Below are positions 1 to 64,000 of a stretch of 64,000 bases of DNA, one piece after another. The stretch lies in NCBI GenBank assembly GCA_964234715.1, contig OZ174280.1. One strand, given 5' to 3'. A program made the position numbers and the translations under genes. Position 1 is the first letter of the stretch. Every line of letters begins with the position of its first letter. Source of the stretch: Podarcis melisellensis. Its lineage: Eukaryota. The notes below the pieces were generated by a model. It was not told the DNA's origin, did no database searches, and saw only the letters and a list, made by a program, of their open reading frames with translations.

Positions 1-3000
1 CTTCAGTGTCCTGTTATTAATCAAGCACCTGTAAAGATTCTTAAAGTTGTGTCTAGAAAGAGCAGGGGTAGGGCAGATCCTGATCAGTTGCCCAGTAAAG
101 TTAGTGGGAATCCTGTTATTGATATGAATGAATTTAGGACTTGCTGTTTTGCAAGTAATAATCTTTTCAGCTTTATACACAGGCAAGCCCATGAGTCATG
201 TGGAAACTATATTATATTGGCACTCCTTTATGTGTATAAAAGATGAGGCAGAATCTTAAAGCAACCAAACATCAGAACCACTCTAGTTTTGTGGTACATT
301 TCTTTCATTGGGACAGTGCGTTACCACTGAAAATTAGAAGCAATCAATGTGAAATTAATATCCTGGTTCAAATAGCTTTTGCTGGGGAAGTCAGAAACAC
401 AAGAAAAAATGAACCAAGCCAAGAGAGGATGGTTTTGACTTGAGCCATGGAAATGGAAACAATTGCAGGGCACAGAAGTTTGGAGGACTGAGAGAATGAT
501 ACCCCTGACACCCCAAACCTCCTCTTTAATTATCCAGCTCACATGTACACTGGCTCCCTTCAGGACCAGGGGTGGATTTGAAAATCCAAAGAGATTTAAA
601 ACTATGCCACTTGCCTAGTGACCAATATGCATACACCCCGCACACTGACAATTCTGATGCAAAATCCTGGTTGTAACATACAAAGCAGTGATGTTTGGAC
701 AGCACATCCAATGTTTTAAAGCTAGTGGGTTGCAACATAGCAGGGGGTGGGGAGTGCCCTTCTGGCATTTGGAGGGGTAGGAATCACTGTTTGAGAAACT
801 AAATAAGATAATAACACAGATAAACACACACAAATTCCTTCCATAATTAGTAGTAATATAGTATAGTTCTCACAGGGATAAAGGAATCTGTGTCTGAGAT
901 AGACTACTTCATGTGTCTGAATGCTCCTTCATTGGGGGGGGGGGGAGGGATCTGCCCATATAGACAACCAGATGTCAAGGAGAACCTTTCTTTCCAACAA
1001 CTAGTTTTCTATGTGCATGGAAATGCTGCATTCTCATGATCTCCTGTCCTACCTGCATTCTGAAGTGGTGCAACTCCAGACACAGATTTATTGCTGCAGC
1101 GAGAATTAAGATCCAAAGTTACCCTGTGGGATGCACACATTAATATTGTCACATCTAGGCAGGGAGGAGCTATAACTGGCAGAAATGGCTAGCAGCACAT
1201 TACAGACTGGAGACGCTCCGTTCTAGGTCAAAAACCAAATTGTTTTACAAATTATGTACATGCATGCCAGGGTCTCTAGAAAGCTTGCATCCTCTGTACC
1301 TATAAGATAGCAAAGGCTCCTGCCTACTTTCACTGGAGTCATAGTAAGTGCCCAATCAGGTATGGATTATGCGGTATGAGTGGGCAGTGCCCCACCAAGT
1401 TAATCAAGACTAGATTCTCTATGACAGTGCAAGCCACTGAGGTTGTTATTGCTGCTCCAGGTCCAGAACTTGGGGCCAGTTTTTATATTCATCAGAATCA
1501 TGGTTAAGCTTTTCCTGGACTGCACCATGAGGATGTGGGTGGGTGGTGGCTCTTGTTTGGCTTTATAATGGAGGGGAAAATACTGCACAGGGCAAACAAC
1601 CACCTTTGCCTCCACCTGTGGCCCAAAGCATTGCAGTCCAGGAAGTTTTACCATTTGATTCTACCATAAGTATAAACTGGTTGCCGTATGCCCAGCACTG
1701 CAGCAACAAGTTCAGCCTTAGTTGCTCCATTCCTTGCCTCCAGTTGGTTTGAGATAATGGGCATTTAATATATTAACTATGACCATCATGCTCCCGTTTC
1801 TTGGGCCCCTCCAATAAGTGAGTCAACTTGAACAAACCCAAACAGTGAGGCACGGGTTCAGATTTAAACAGAGACAGTTATATTTCTAAAGAGAACCTCT
1901 TCCCGCAAGTGAGGATAGTTACAGTTCAGATATTGGCAGTACAGCACCAGGTAACACCACTGTAATACTGGCAGAACGCATATACTGGGCACCCCAGGAC
2001 CAGCTGCAGGTGCCTAACACAAGTTATTGTACCAGGTAGGAGAAAAACAGACTGAGGTCAGTGAGGCAGAAAAGTAGCATCTTTGAAGAGTTCAAATTGA
2101 TGGAACTTGGTAGGAATTGATGGGGAAAGAATACCAAGGGGTAAGATAAACAACACTGGGGTATAACCACTCAGCTCCAGAGTTGTTTTCAAAGCAATCT
2201 GACATACTACAGTAGTACATGGATCATGATGGAGTAAGACAAAGATCCAATAAATATCTTATTGCAAAGTTGATCTACACATTAAATAGAATAAGGTGGC
2301 AGAATTCCAGAAGGAATCATTTCAGACTACAGGAATCTTAAGCAAACCCTCTGTCATGTAAAAATAATCATCCAGTTTATATTAAACTAGTACATCAGAG
2401 AGAAGACAGAGGGTATAATTCAATGCTGCGCTGTTGTAGATGTTCTTGACAGATGGAATGATGCACTATTCTGGGATTCTCCCAACCCAGTTTTAGAGGC
2501 ATGGGGAGAGGCAGGAAGCCCTGTTGCACAAGCTGATGGAGTTTGTTAGATGAATCCCTCCCTATGTGTTTAGTCACATTTCCTACATGCAATTTCCTAC
2601 ATGCAGGGAGTTAAAAAAACACAAAACATTTTCAATGTATGGGAGCATTACAAAGATGGCCACAACAGCCCCACCCCTGCAGTCTGAAATCATGCGGCCC
2701 AAAATTCTGCCATCTCACACTATGTGAATCTGTTGACTCAATACCTTGAGTGGCTACAATGAATCTGCTGTGAGCTTTTCAAAACACGTGCTACTCAGAC
2801 AATGCCTTCAAGATCTGACAAGGCTCCCAATCATTTTGGATGATGAGGAAAGGGGTTAGGACAACAAAACTTTGGAAAGAACGACTACTGAAAACAAAGT
2901 GAAGAATCCCAAACTGCACAAACCACCTCTGATAACAGCTGAATTGAAGGAAGCTATGATCTGAAAAGGGGAGTGAGACAGAAGCAGGTTCAAGAGAGAC

Positions 3001-3890
3001 CCATGGAATGCAAACCCTCTCTAGGCTCAACGGCGTACCCTTATTAAAGCAAATGACTAACATAAAGCAGCAATCCATGATTCTGGTCTACCTTCATTAG
3101 AAGTGTACAAAACAGCACCTGTAAACTTTGGTTTAAATAATAACTTAAAATCAAAAGAAAGTGACAAAAGGGCTAAAGGGGTGCAGGATCTTTGTGAATT
3201 TCTTTTTGGCCTATGCCAGTTGGGATAAGTCAGAATAAAAGCACCAAACAAAAATTAAAACAAAAAGTGTTTTGGTTTATGCTTCTTGTCTAAGAAAGGT
3301 CTTTGGTCAACGGTTAAGCCAATTGTAAAGCATTCTGAAGAGGGCACTAGGGAGGCATTGAGATATGGTCCCTCAGGAGGAAGTGAGGTGTGGTGTGTTT
3401 CTGCTCAAACTAAGGATGGGAACATTTTCCTCAAGCTGCTTCTGGAGTTGAGCTGGGCCTGAGGGATGGATAGACAGTCAAAAGGTTCTGAGGTATTTTC
3501 AGCTCTTGCAGTCCGTCTTGACTGTATTTGCAGGCTTTGCCAAGCCAGCCACTCACTGGCAATGGATAGTTTCTCTAGGAAGGTTATTTAAAGCTTCTTA
3601 AATTTGATTCACATCCCTTAAGCAAGATCACCTCCAGCTTACTGCAGCTTAAAGATGGCCCCTCTTTCTTCCAATAGGTATACAGTCCACTTCCCATCAA
3701 ACCAGAGCAACTACCCTCAATTAATCTAGATAATAAACTCCAATTTTGCTCTGCCGGTTGGAGAAGTCAGGAAGCTGAGTAGGGGGAATTCATGCTCAGT
3801 GGAGCCCTGTAGTGTAGACTCCAGGAACCAAGCATTGGTGGTTTTCTGAGTGAGGACTGTGGCATCTCTTTATTCTTGCAGCCATGATTC

Positions 3891-3924
3891 AGGAAGGAAG
3901 GAAGGAAAGAAAGAAGGAAGGAAG
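3891..3924. repeat. Imperfect (GGAA)n microsatellite
   Basis: Directly visible. Confidence 0.8.
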
Positions 3925-4389
3925 GGTGGGAAGCTTTTTATATATCTTTACTGCTTTTCATTTTTGTCTAGGTGTGATACAAATCTGGGTCACTTAAGCG
4001 CACTACTCAATATGAAGTTTCAGAAGGAAAGTGTTAGAGAGGAAGTATTGAGTGTTACATACATGGACAAATACAATCGCTTAGGTAAGGCTTACATGGG
4101 GTAACATCAATCTCTGTTCTTTGTGACTTGAGGAGCAGGCTTCCCTTCCACCAGCAAACTTATTTAGAAAAAATAACACAAGGGGGTGGGGAGACTGGCC
4201 AAGAAGGTGACTAGAGATCATAGTGCATGGTGTTCCAGAATTTAATAAAAAGATATATTGTTCTAGTGTAACCCACCAGAGATCATTCTAGGAGGTAATT
4301 CCACTGGCAAAATTGAGCAAACAGACTCAAATGATTCTGCTAGGTGGTTTTAGAGCTGTTGCAGAGACTAATCAGAGAGCACTTTTTTT

Positions 4390-4411
4390 GAGAGAGAGAG
4401 AGAGAGAGAGA
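4390..4411. repeat. (GA)11 microsatellite
   Basis: Directly visible. Confidence 0.9.
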
Positions 4412-5106
4412 ACTTGATCTTGGTTAAGAGGTCTGATCCCAATCACCATTCACCTACAAACGTAAGTTTGGGGTTGTATAGAACTAATGTGTCGTTCTGT
4501 ACACTTAAGAAGAGGTAGAGTGGAGGCAAAAAGGCACAAGAAGTGCCAGCTGATTTACTGTAACCTTTTAAGCTAAGCTTGGGAATTAAGGAAAAGAAGA
4601 AGGAGGGATTGTTATCATGGTCTGCCAGCTGGTGAAAGGAGACTTTAAGGAAGAATTTTAACACCATTAAAATGTACTGTGCTGGAGATAAATGGAGCAA
4701 TGGTGCATACAGGCTAAAGAGACAACATTTTGAGTAGGTTAGCTCTCTTCCTTACCCAGACGGTATTACCCCTCACTTTATCAGATGGTGCTTTGAACAA
4801 TAGGGGGGGAAATTACCTAATAATGAAACAGAATGGTGCAAAGGAATCCTAAGACAAGTTAATCATGACTATTTTGCTCCAATGTCTTTGGGGGCCTTGG
4901 GCTGGGGAAGGCATCCAGCAAGCTAATCTACGCTGAACTTCAGTGTTGAAGCATGGCTATGGCAGCTTACTCTTCTAACATAAAGGGTTGCATACAGAAC
5001 ACAATTTCTTGCTGGTTTGGGAATCATCCAGGTGTGGCCAAGTACCAGCTTGTTTCCCCAAAAGGTGACAATGAAACTCCTGTATCTTGATTAAACCCTT
5101 AATGTG

Positions 5107-5362
5107 GGGGTCATCCACACTTGCGTTTGTCCCATGATTTCTAGGCACAAAATAGGAATGGGTTCCACTGCTTTTCCCGGGAAAACCTGCCGTTTACTGC
5201 TGAATCGGTAAACCCCATCTATTGGATTTTCTGTAGATAAATGTTTATTCCAATTCAGCAGTAAACCGGTTTTCCTAGTGAAGGAAGCAGTGGGACAAAA
5301 AATAAGAACCTCTTGGACCCATTACTGGAAATCACAGGGGAAAAGGAAGTGTGGATAAGCCC
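5107..5362. mobile_element. Degenerate palindromic MITE (PIF/Harbinger-like termini)
   Basis: Termini GGGGTCATCCACAC ... GTGTGGATAAGCCC; internal arms GTTTACTGCTGAAT / ATTCAGCAGTAAAC and CCACTGCTT / AAGCAGTGG. Confidence 0.7.
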
Positions 5363-7239
5363 TAGGTTACACAGATTTACTGGAGAGTGGACACACATGA
5401 GCTTGCTTTAGAAAGAGAGTCCTCAAAAGCCCAGTATCCAACTTCTTTGACCCACTGCATCCCTTTTCCCACAATGGCCAAGACAATTTTTTGGTCACCA
5501 AGAGGGAGCTTTTCAGTTGCCCTCTCATGGAAGTAGAGGGAGAGGAGCCTTTGGAAACCATTATTTTTTCTGCCGGGAAGAGCTCCTGGAATATCCTCTT
5601 GCCTCTCCGTCCTGAAATTCTAATTTGAGGCATCAGACAATGAGTTAACATAAAATAAAAAGGCTGTGGGAAGGGTTTTTGGTTAACACTGTTTGTTCAC
5701 CTGAAAGATGTACTAGATCCTACTGTAAGGTTTTGGAAACTTTTGTTCCCCCTCCAAAATAGTTGGCATCTAGGAACTAATTGCTAGCATACCAATTGTG
5801 TGGTTGGATATATTTCCACTAGACAAGCTAATGTCTAGAAGGAAATGAGTGCTTCATCATAGCGTTGCTGTGTTTGGTCACAAAGGAAAAAGTTTGTTGA
5901 CCTTACATTTATATTGCTTTGAGTTTTGCATGGTCAACCGGCTCTTGGTTTTCTACAGCCACATACATTGGCCTGTCCCCACTTCCCCCTCCCCCCACAA
6001 GTGCTTCAGATTTTGCTGGCTTTGCTAAGTCAGCTCCACTCGCATATACTTGGCCTTCCCATTTACCCACCTCTTCACTCCCACATGAGCAACCAAGAGT
6101 CATGCTTTCTGGCCTTATCCCAGCATGGGTGAAAACGGAAGGGACAGAATGGAAGCTGGGAGCAGCAAGCAAAAGGTTTGTCTTGCAGAAGTTAAAGTCT
6201 TTCCCTGAATTCAGTCTCATGCTGGGCCCCAGCAGCTTGCTGTCCAATCACCTGGCTGTTGGCTTCCGGTAAAATTTTCACAGTATGTGATGGCGCGGAA
6301 TGGATATTCGTCCCTGGGTTTTGTGGTGAATAAAGCTTTGTGGACTGAAGTCTGGCTGTCAAGCATGACTGGTAAAAGAAGGCTACTTCTTGAACTTGCA
6401 GGGGCACAAACACAGGTTGGAGAAAGAATAACCGAGTGGTTTTATGTGTGGCAGTGAGAGACCCTTTGGCTGTTTGTTGACCTACAGTGTATTCCTTATA
6501 CCCAGCTCGGTTTTTTCCATTTCTCTCTCATTCAGGAAATGAGCAGAAGCTGGGACAACACCAGGGCCACTGTAGGGTTCTAGTTTCAAACTGCTGTTCC
6601 AGTACGTTGAAATGGTGCTAGGGTGTGTGTGAGTTGTGTATGCATATATGCTAAGTGTGTGCGCGTGAAAAAACATTCCTCCTAGTGCAAAGTTCTCAGT
6701 GGGATAAACTGGCAGGTTACTGGAAATGCTTTCCATGGGAAAGTGGGGGACATTCACAGAAGCCCATGGCTTGGATGCTGCCCCCTGCTGGACTGGATGC
6801 TTCCAAAATCTTGATTTGTGGAAACAATATGGCATATGAGCTGAAAATGACAAAACACAGAGCAGACAATACGAGACACCTTCTTTTTATCCCCATGAGA
6901 ATGGGGTGATGGAGCAGGGGAAGGCAACAAAGAAGTCTTCGGACAGAACCAACCTACCATCCTCGTTTATCAGTTATAAAATAATAAAAAAGTTAAAGAA
7001 AAAGCTCAACTCTGGTTTTTGTTTCTTTGCACATCCCCCTCTGTGAATGTCTGTTAAGAGTCACTGGGATGTAAGGAAGGGAAAGAAGTGTGTGCCTTCA
7101 GCAATGGGTAGACCCAAGGAAACCCTTTTGCTTTGCAGAAGTGCCTTAAACAAGATAACGCTGAAGGTCACCTTGAGGAGGTGGGAGCCATTGCTTTGTC
7201 TCTGGGGAAATGCTGGGCCTAGGTGAGGAGGGAGGGCCC

Positions 7240-60191
<52,952 letters not shown>

Positions 60192-60503
60192 CTACAACTT
60201 TTACCCATGACAGACCAAACACAGTGAGGCAAGTCCAGGGCAAAAGCTGATCTTAAGACCACAAAGATAAATAAATCATTTGTCAGACACCCTAATTCTG
60301 TTGCTTCACTTTCTACAGGTAATTGAACACAGTACAAAATATTGTAGAACTTGAACTAGTTTTGAACTTGAGGTTAGACTGAAACAAACACAGACACTTT
60401 GAGCACCGATGGCTCCATAATACCACTTCTTTGCCTTTGGAAAAAGCTATTGCTTGTAGATGATGATGGTGATATGATTTACTTCACTTCTATGCCCCTT
60501 AAT

Positions 60504-60857
60504 GGGACGTGCGGGTGGCTGTGTGGGTTAAACCACAGAGCCTAGGGCTTGCCGATCAAAAGGTCAGTGGTTCGAATCCCTATGATGGGGTGAGCTCCCG
60601 TTGCTCGGTCCCTGCTCCTGCCAACCTAGCAGTTCAAAAGCACATCAAAGTGCAAGTAGATAAATAGGTATCGCTCTGGCGGGAAGGTAAACGACGTTTC
60701 CGTGCACTGCTCTGGTTCACCAGAAGCAGCTTAGTCATGCTGACCACATGACCTGGAAGGTGTACGCCGGCTCCCTCGGCCAATAAAGTGAGATGAGCAC
60801 CGCAACCCCAGAGTCAGCCACAACTGGATCTAATGGTCAGGGGTCCTTTACCTTTTT
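60504..60857 (+). mobile_element. Sauria SINE, full length
   Basis: GGGACGTGCGGGTGGC... head, B box GGTTCGAATCC, CCTTTACCTTT tail; perfect 13-bp TSD TATGCCCCTTAAT (60491-60503 / 60858-60870). Confidence 0.94.
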
Positions 60858-61419
60858 TATGCCCCTTAATATATTTAAAGTATCTCTAAGAAGTGTACAG
60901 AAAATGAAAGCAACAGCAGACAACTTAAACAAAAGTATTACAAAAATACACAGTTACATATAAAAATGTTACATTGATACAAAGGTCTCACCCAGGGTCC
61001 AAACAAACTCTCAGCTCACCCACAAAAGTCTCACAACGAGAAGAGCTTCTGAAAGGTTATTATTGCTGTGGTATGCACTGCTATGAAAGAACCTTTTCCC
61101 TGTCACTACTTTTTTGAACCCCTCTTGGAAGGGAAACTTAAAGAAGGAACTCAAAGGTTGATCATAAGGAAGGGAATGTAGGTGCTTGGGGAAATTAGGA
61201 GGGTGCTTTGGGGATTAGGGAGATTAGGGTTATCAATTTATTTCTGGAAAAAGTCAGGCCAAGGTGAGCAGAGGAGAAGTTTGCCCAACACACACCACTT
61301 TACTGGCATGGCCTTCCCAGCATCACCTTAAATCACTAGTTTTGAAGATCAGAAGTTCTGTGAGGATGTTGAGGGTCATAATGATTCTCAGCATTCTTTA
61401 CACAACAAAGGCTCTAATC

Positions 61420-61620
61420 CAGGGGTAGGCAACCTAAGGCCCATGGGCCAGGTGTGGTCCAATCACCTGAATGTGTCCTTTTTATTTAAAATGCATCTCT
61501 GGGTTATTTGTGGAGAACAGGAATTCGTTCATTTCTTTTTCTTTAAAATGTAGTCCAGCCCCCCACATGGTCTGAGGGACGGTGGACTGGTCCACGGCTG
61601 AAAAAGGTTGCTAACCCCTG
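61420..61620 (-). mobile_element. hAT non-autonomous element (same family as 48463-48710, opposite orientation, internally deleted)
   Basis: TIR CAGGGGTAGGCAACCT / AGGTTGCTAACCCCTG; perfect TSD CTCTAATC. Confidence 0.9.
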
Positions 61621-62277
61621 CTCTAATCTCAGGAGTTCTTCTGGGTTCAAAAATTTACATTTGTATGGCCTTAATACAGCTGCTTACACGATTCAATGTA
61701 ACTCCTGGAGATATTCCAAAGCAGGCATGTCCAAAGTCCATTTGGGGGGCCTAATGTGGCTCGCCGGTTGGTTTAATCCGGCCCATGTGGCAGTTTATTT
61801 CCTGGGGTAAAAACCCTCGACAACTTAAATCCTTAAAAAAGGATTTAAAGGTACACGTTTTAACTCAAGGCTGAAAATGGAAACCAAAAGTCAGAAGAAC
61901 TCTGGTGAAAGTGGCCTGCTCTCTGCAAACCACCATTAAGAGATGCAAAAACCACTATTCTAGGTATTTTCTCCTAGCTCAGAAAAAAATCGGTGTAGAA
62001 TCAGGTTGATAAATATGAGTGGTGTCAAACTGTTATTTAAAGCATTTGTATTTGGCCTTTTCACATTTCCTCAAGGCATCTCACAACATATTTAATACAG
62101 AAGTACAATGAAAACCAAATCTAACCAAAAATAATCAGCATAATTTTTTTCCTCCTTACACTCCAGACTACAACACAATTCTTACTTCTACATTCAATGT
62201 CTTTAAATAAGTGCTTCTTTGTACCCCATGTAACTTCACCTGTGAGATAAGTAGGCTGTGAATGGTTACATATAGGT

Positions 62278-62705
62278 CGTGGTGGTCCAACTTTCATACC
62301 AAGTGGGCCGCAAGAGTACTTTGGCACAGAAAACACAGGCCGCACACTGCCTTGTTGCTTGAAGAGTGGGGAGCAGAGGGCCAAAATCGGACACACACAC
62401 CCAGCCCTCACGCTGCCTTCTCAAAGCTAGCTAAGCAAGGCAGCAGGCTTTGGGGAGGAGGGTGTGAGGCTCCTTCCCAAAGCTGGGAAGGCCCTAACTA
62501 GGCTTTGGGAAGAAGGCTGGACTCTAGAACCCTGTCAGAACCATCACACCTCCTTCCTCAAGCCCAGCACTTTGCTTAACCAGCTTTGGGAAGGCATCTG
62601 TAGGGGGAAGGTGTCAAATGTTGCTGAGGGGGTGCCAAAAGAGGCCCTGAGGGGCACCAGAAGAGGCTTTAAGTGGCCCTTGGGTTGCATTTTGGACCAT
62701 CCCTG
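62278..62705. mobile_element. Older hAT non-autonomous element, 428 bp
   Basis: Degenerate TIR CGTGGTGGTCCAA / TTGGACCATCCCTG; perfect 8-bp TSD ATATAGGT (62270-62277 / 62706-62713). Confidence 0.75.
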
Positions 62706-64000
62706 ATATAGGTCAATAAAAACAGCTTGAATTGGGTTTGGAGACTCACTGGCAGCCACTGTAATTGCCTCAGAACCAAATGCAGGAACTCTTCCCTGCC
62801 TACACTCACCTGCAGCTAGGCTAAAGCATTCCACACTAGTTACAGCTTTCAAACAGCCTGAAAGGACAGACCTATATAGACCAAACATAGTCTTTGTTAT
62901 TATCTGAAGTAACAAAGGCATAGATAATGGTTCTTACCATCTGGAAACAAGTACAGCCAGTGTATCATAGACGTAGTAATACTGACTGACCCAGGAACGC
63001 ACCAGCCTACATCCCTGCTCTAAGAGTCCTACAGCACAACAGGAAAACCTGCCACTCCAATTCCCATCAGCATCACCTTTAGTCTTACCCCGATTAAGCC
63101 TCAGTTCATTAATTAAGCCTCATCCATCTAACCACAACCTTCACACACTAGCTATGGAAAGAGGCAGCAATTTCTAGCTTCATGGGTAACAAAATATAAA
63201 AGCTGGGTGCCATCCATATACTGTTTATTCCCAATCCCTAAAACTCATGGTACTTCTTTGCTGCAGGTTCCTCTATTTTCAGTTCAATGCTTTAGTGTTG
63301 GACAAGAATGGAAAGAAAATAATATGGACATAGGAGTTTTGCATGGCATTCCCTCATAGAATGAACTGATGGCACCTATCCTATAATTTCTTTCGTCTAC
63401 CATGTGACTAGGTTTCAATTCGGTGGGGGCAGAGATAAGGTGACAAATTAGTGTGCTCTTGTTAGGAAGAGAGAATAAATGTAGTGAGCAAGTTATTCCA
63501 CCTTCCTTCTAAGACTACTTTGCTTATCATACCTCCATACATACAAGGAAAGTACTAGTGGAAATAAGTCCATCTAGGCAGGAATTGATTGACTGGTTTA
63601 ATAATCGCATGGTCATGGGGTCACAATTGGATCACTCCACACACCTCTGGCTTGAAGTGAGAGTGGAAGAAGACCAGGAAAGATGCAAGAGCCTACAGAG
63701 AAATCAATGGGGGTGAAGTGTGTTTAAGGTGCAGATTGTGCAGGTGTGGAAAGTATGGAAAGAGATGCTCACGAAGGGTGTATTAAAGAGATGAGCTCTA
63801 CTTGAATAACTGTCAGTACATATTTTAAATTGATGTTCCTGGAGAAGGGTTAACAAGTGCACAGAAACACCAGTCTCCAAGCTACCTATCCCTTAGGGAT
63901 TCAGTGCACCTTTTTGAATAATGTGGCATATTAAATATTATTGCTATAATAGCAATAGTGGCAGCAGCAGTAATAAGAACAATAACCACACCTTATTCTC

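Larger units (their letters stand above)
1..7239 (-). other. FOXP4: Presumed FOXP4 3' UTR and/or 3' flank (end not determinable)
   Basis: Follows the stop codon and is poor in SINEs/LINEs compared with the introns. Minus-strand AATAAA hexamers lie at about 5249-5244, 3873-3868 and 1092-1087. Confidence 0.55.

Overview
This is vertebrate genomic DNA, most likely from a squamate. The Sauria SINE and MITE families point to a lacertid lizard such as Podarcis or Lacerta, which is an inference. The window holds the 3' 14 coding exons of FOXP4 on the minus strand (59957 -> 7240). I located them by hand at GT-AG junctions with consistent phases: 1725 nt, giving 574 aa plus a stop. They encode the Q-rich region, C2H2 zinc finger, leucine zipper, PLNLV CtBP motif, forkhead domain and C-terminal VKEE SUMO motif. 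The N-terminal ~100 aa are not found and presumably lie beyond 64000. Positions 1-7239 are the presumed long 3' UTR and/or downstream flank. The introns carry tRNA-derived SINEs, L2/CR1 LINE fragments, many hAT, Tc1/mariner and Harbinger-like MITEs, and several motif-dense candidate enhancers. Nearly all ORF-track entries are spurious. I found no clearly new biological system. The best leads are a possible splice switch over the CtBP motif, a FOX+GATA site cluster that could be autoregulatory, a PBX-HOX/MEIS/TCF element, a distant-branch-point exon and a 4-nt tandem donor that creates a stop codon.
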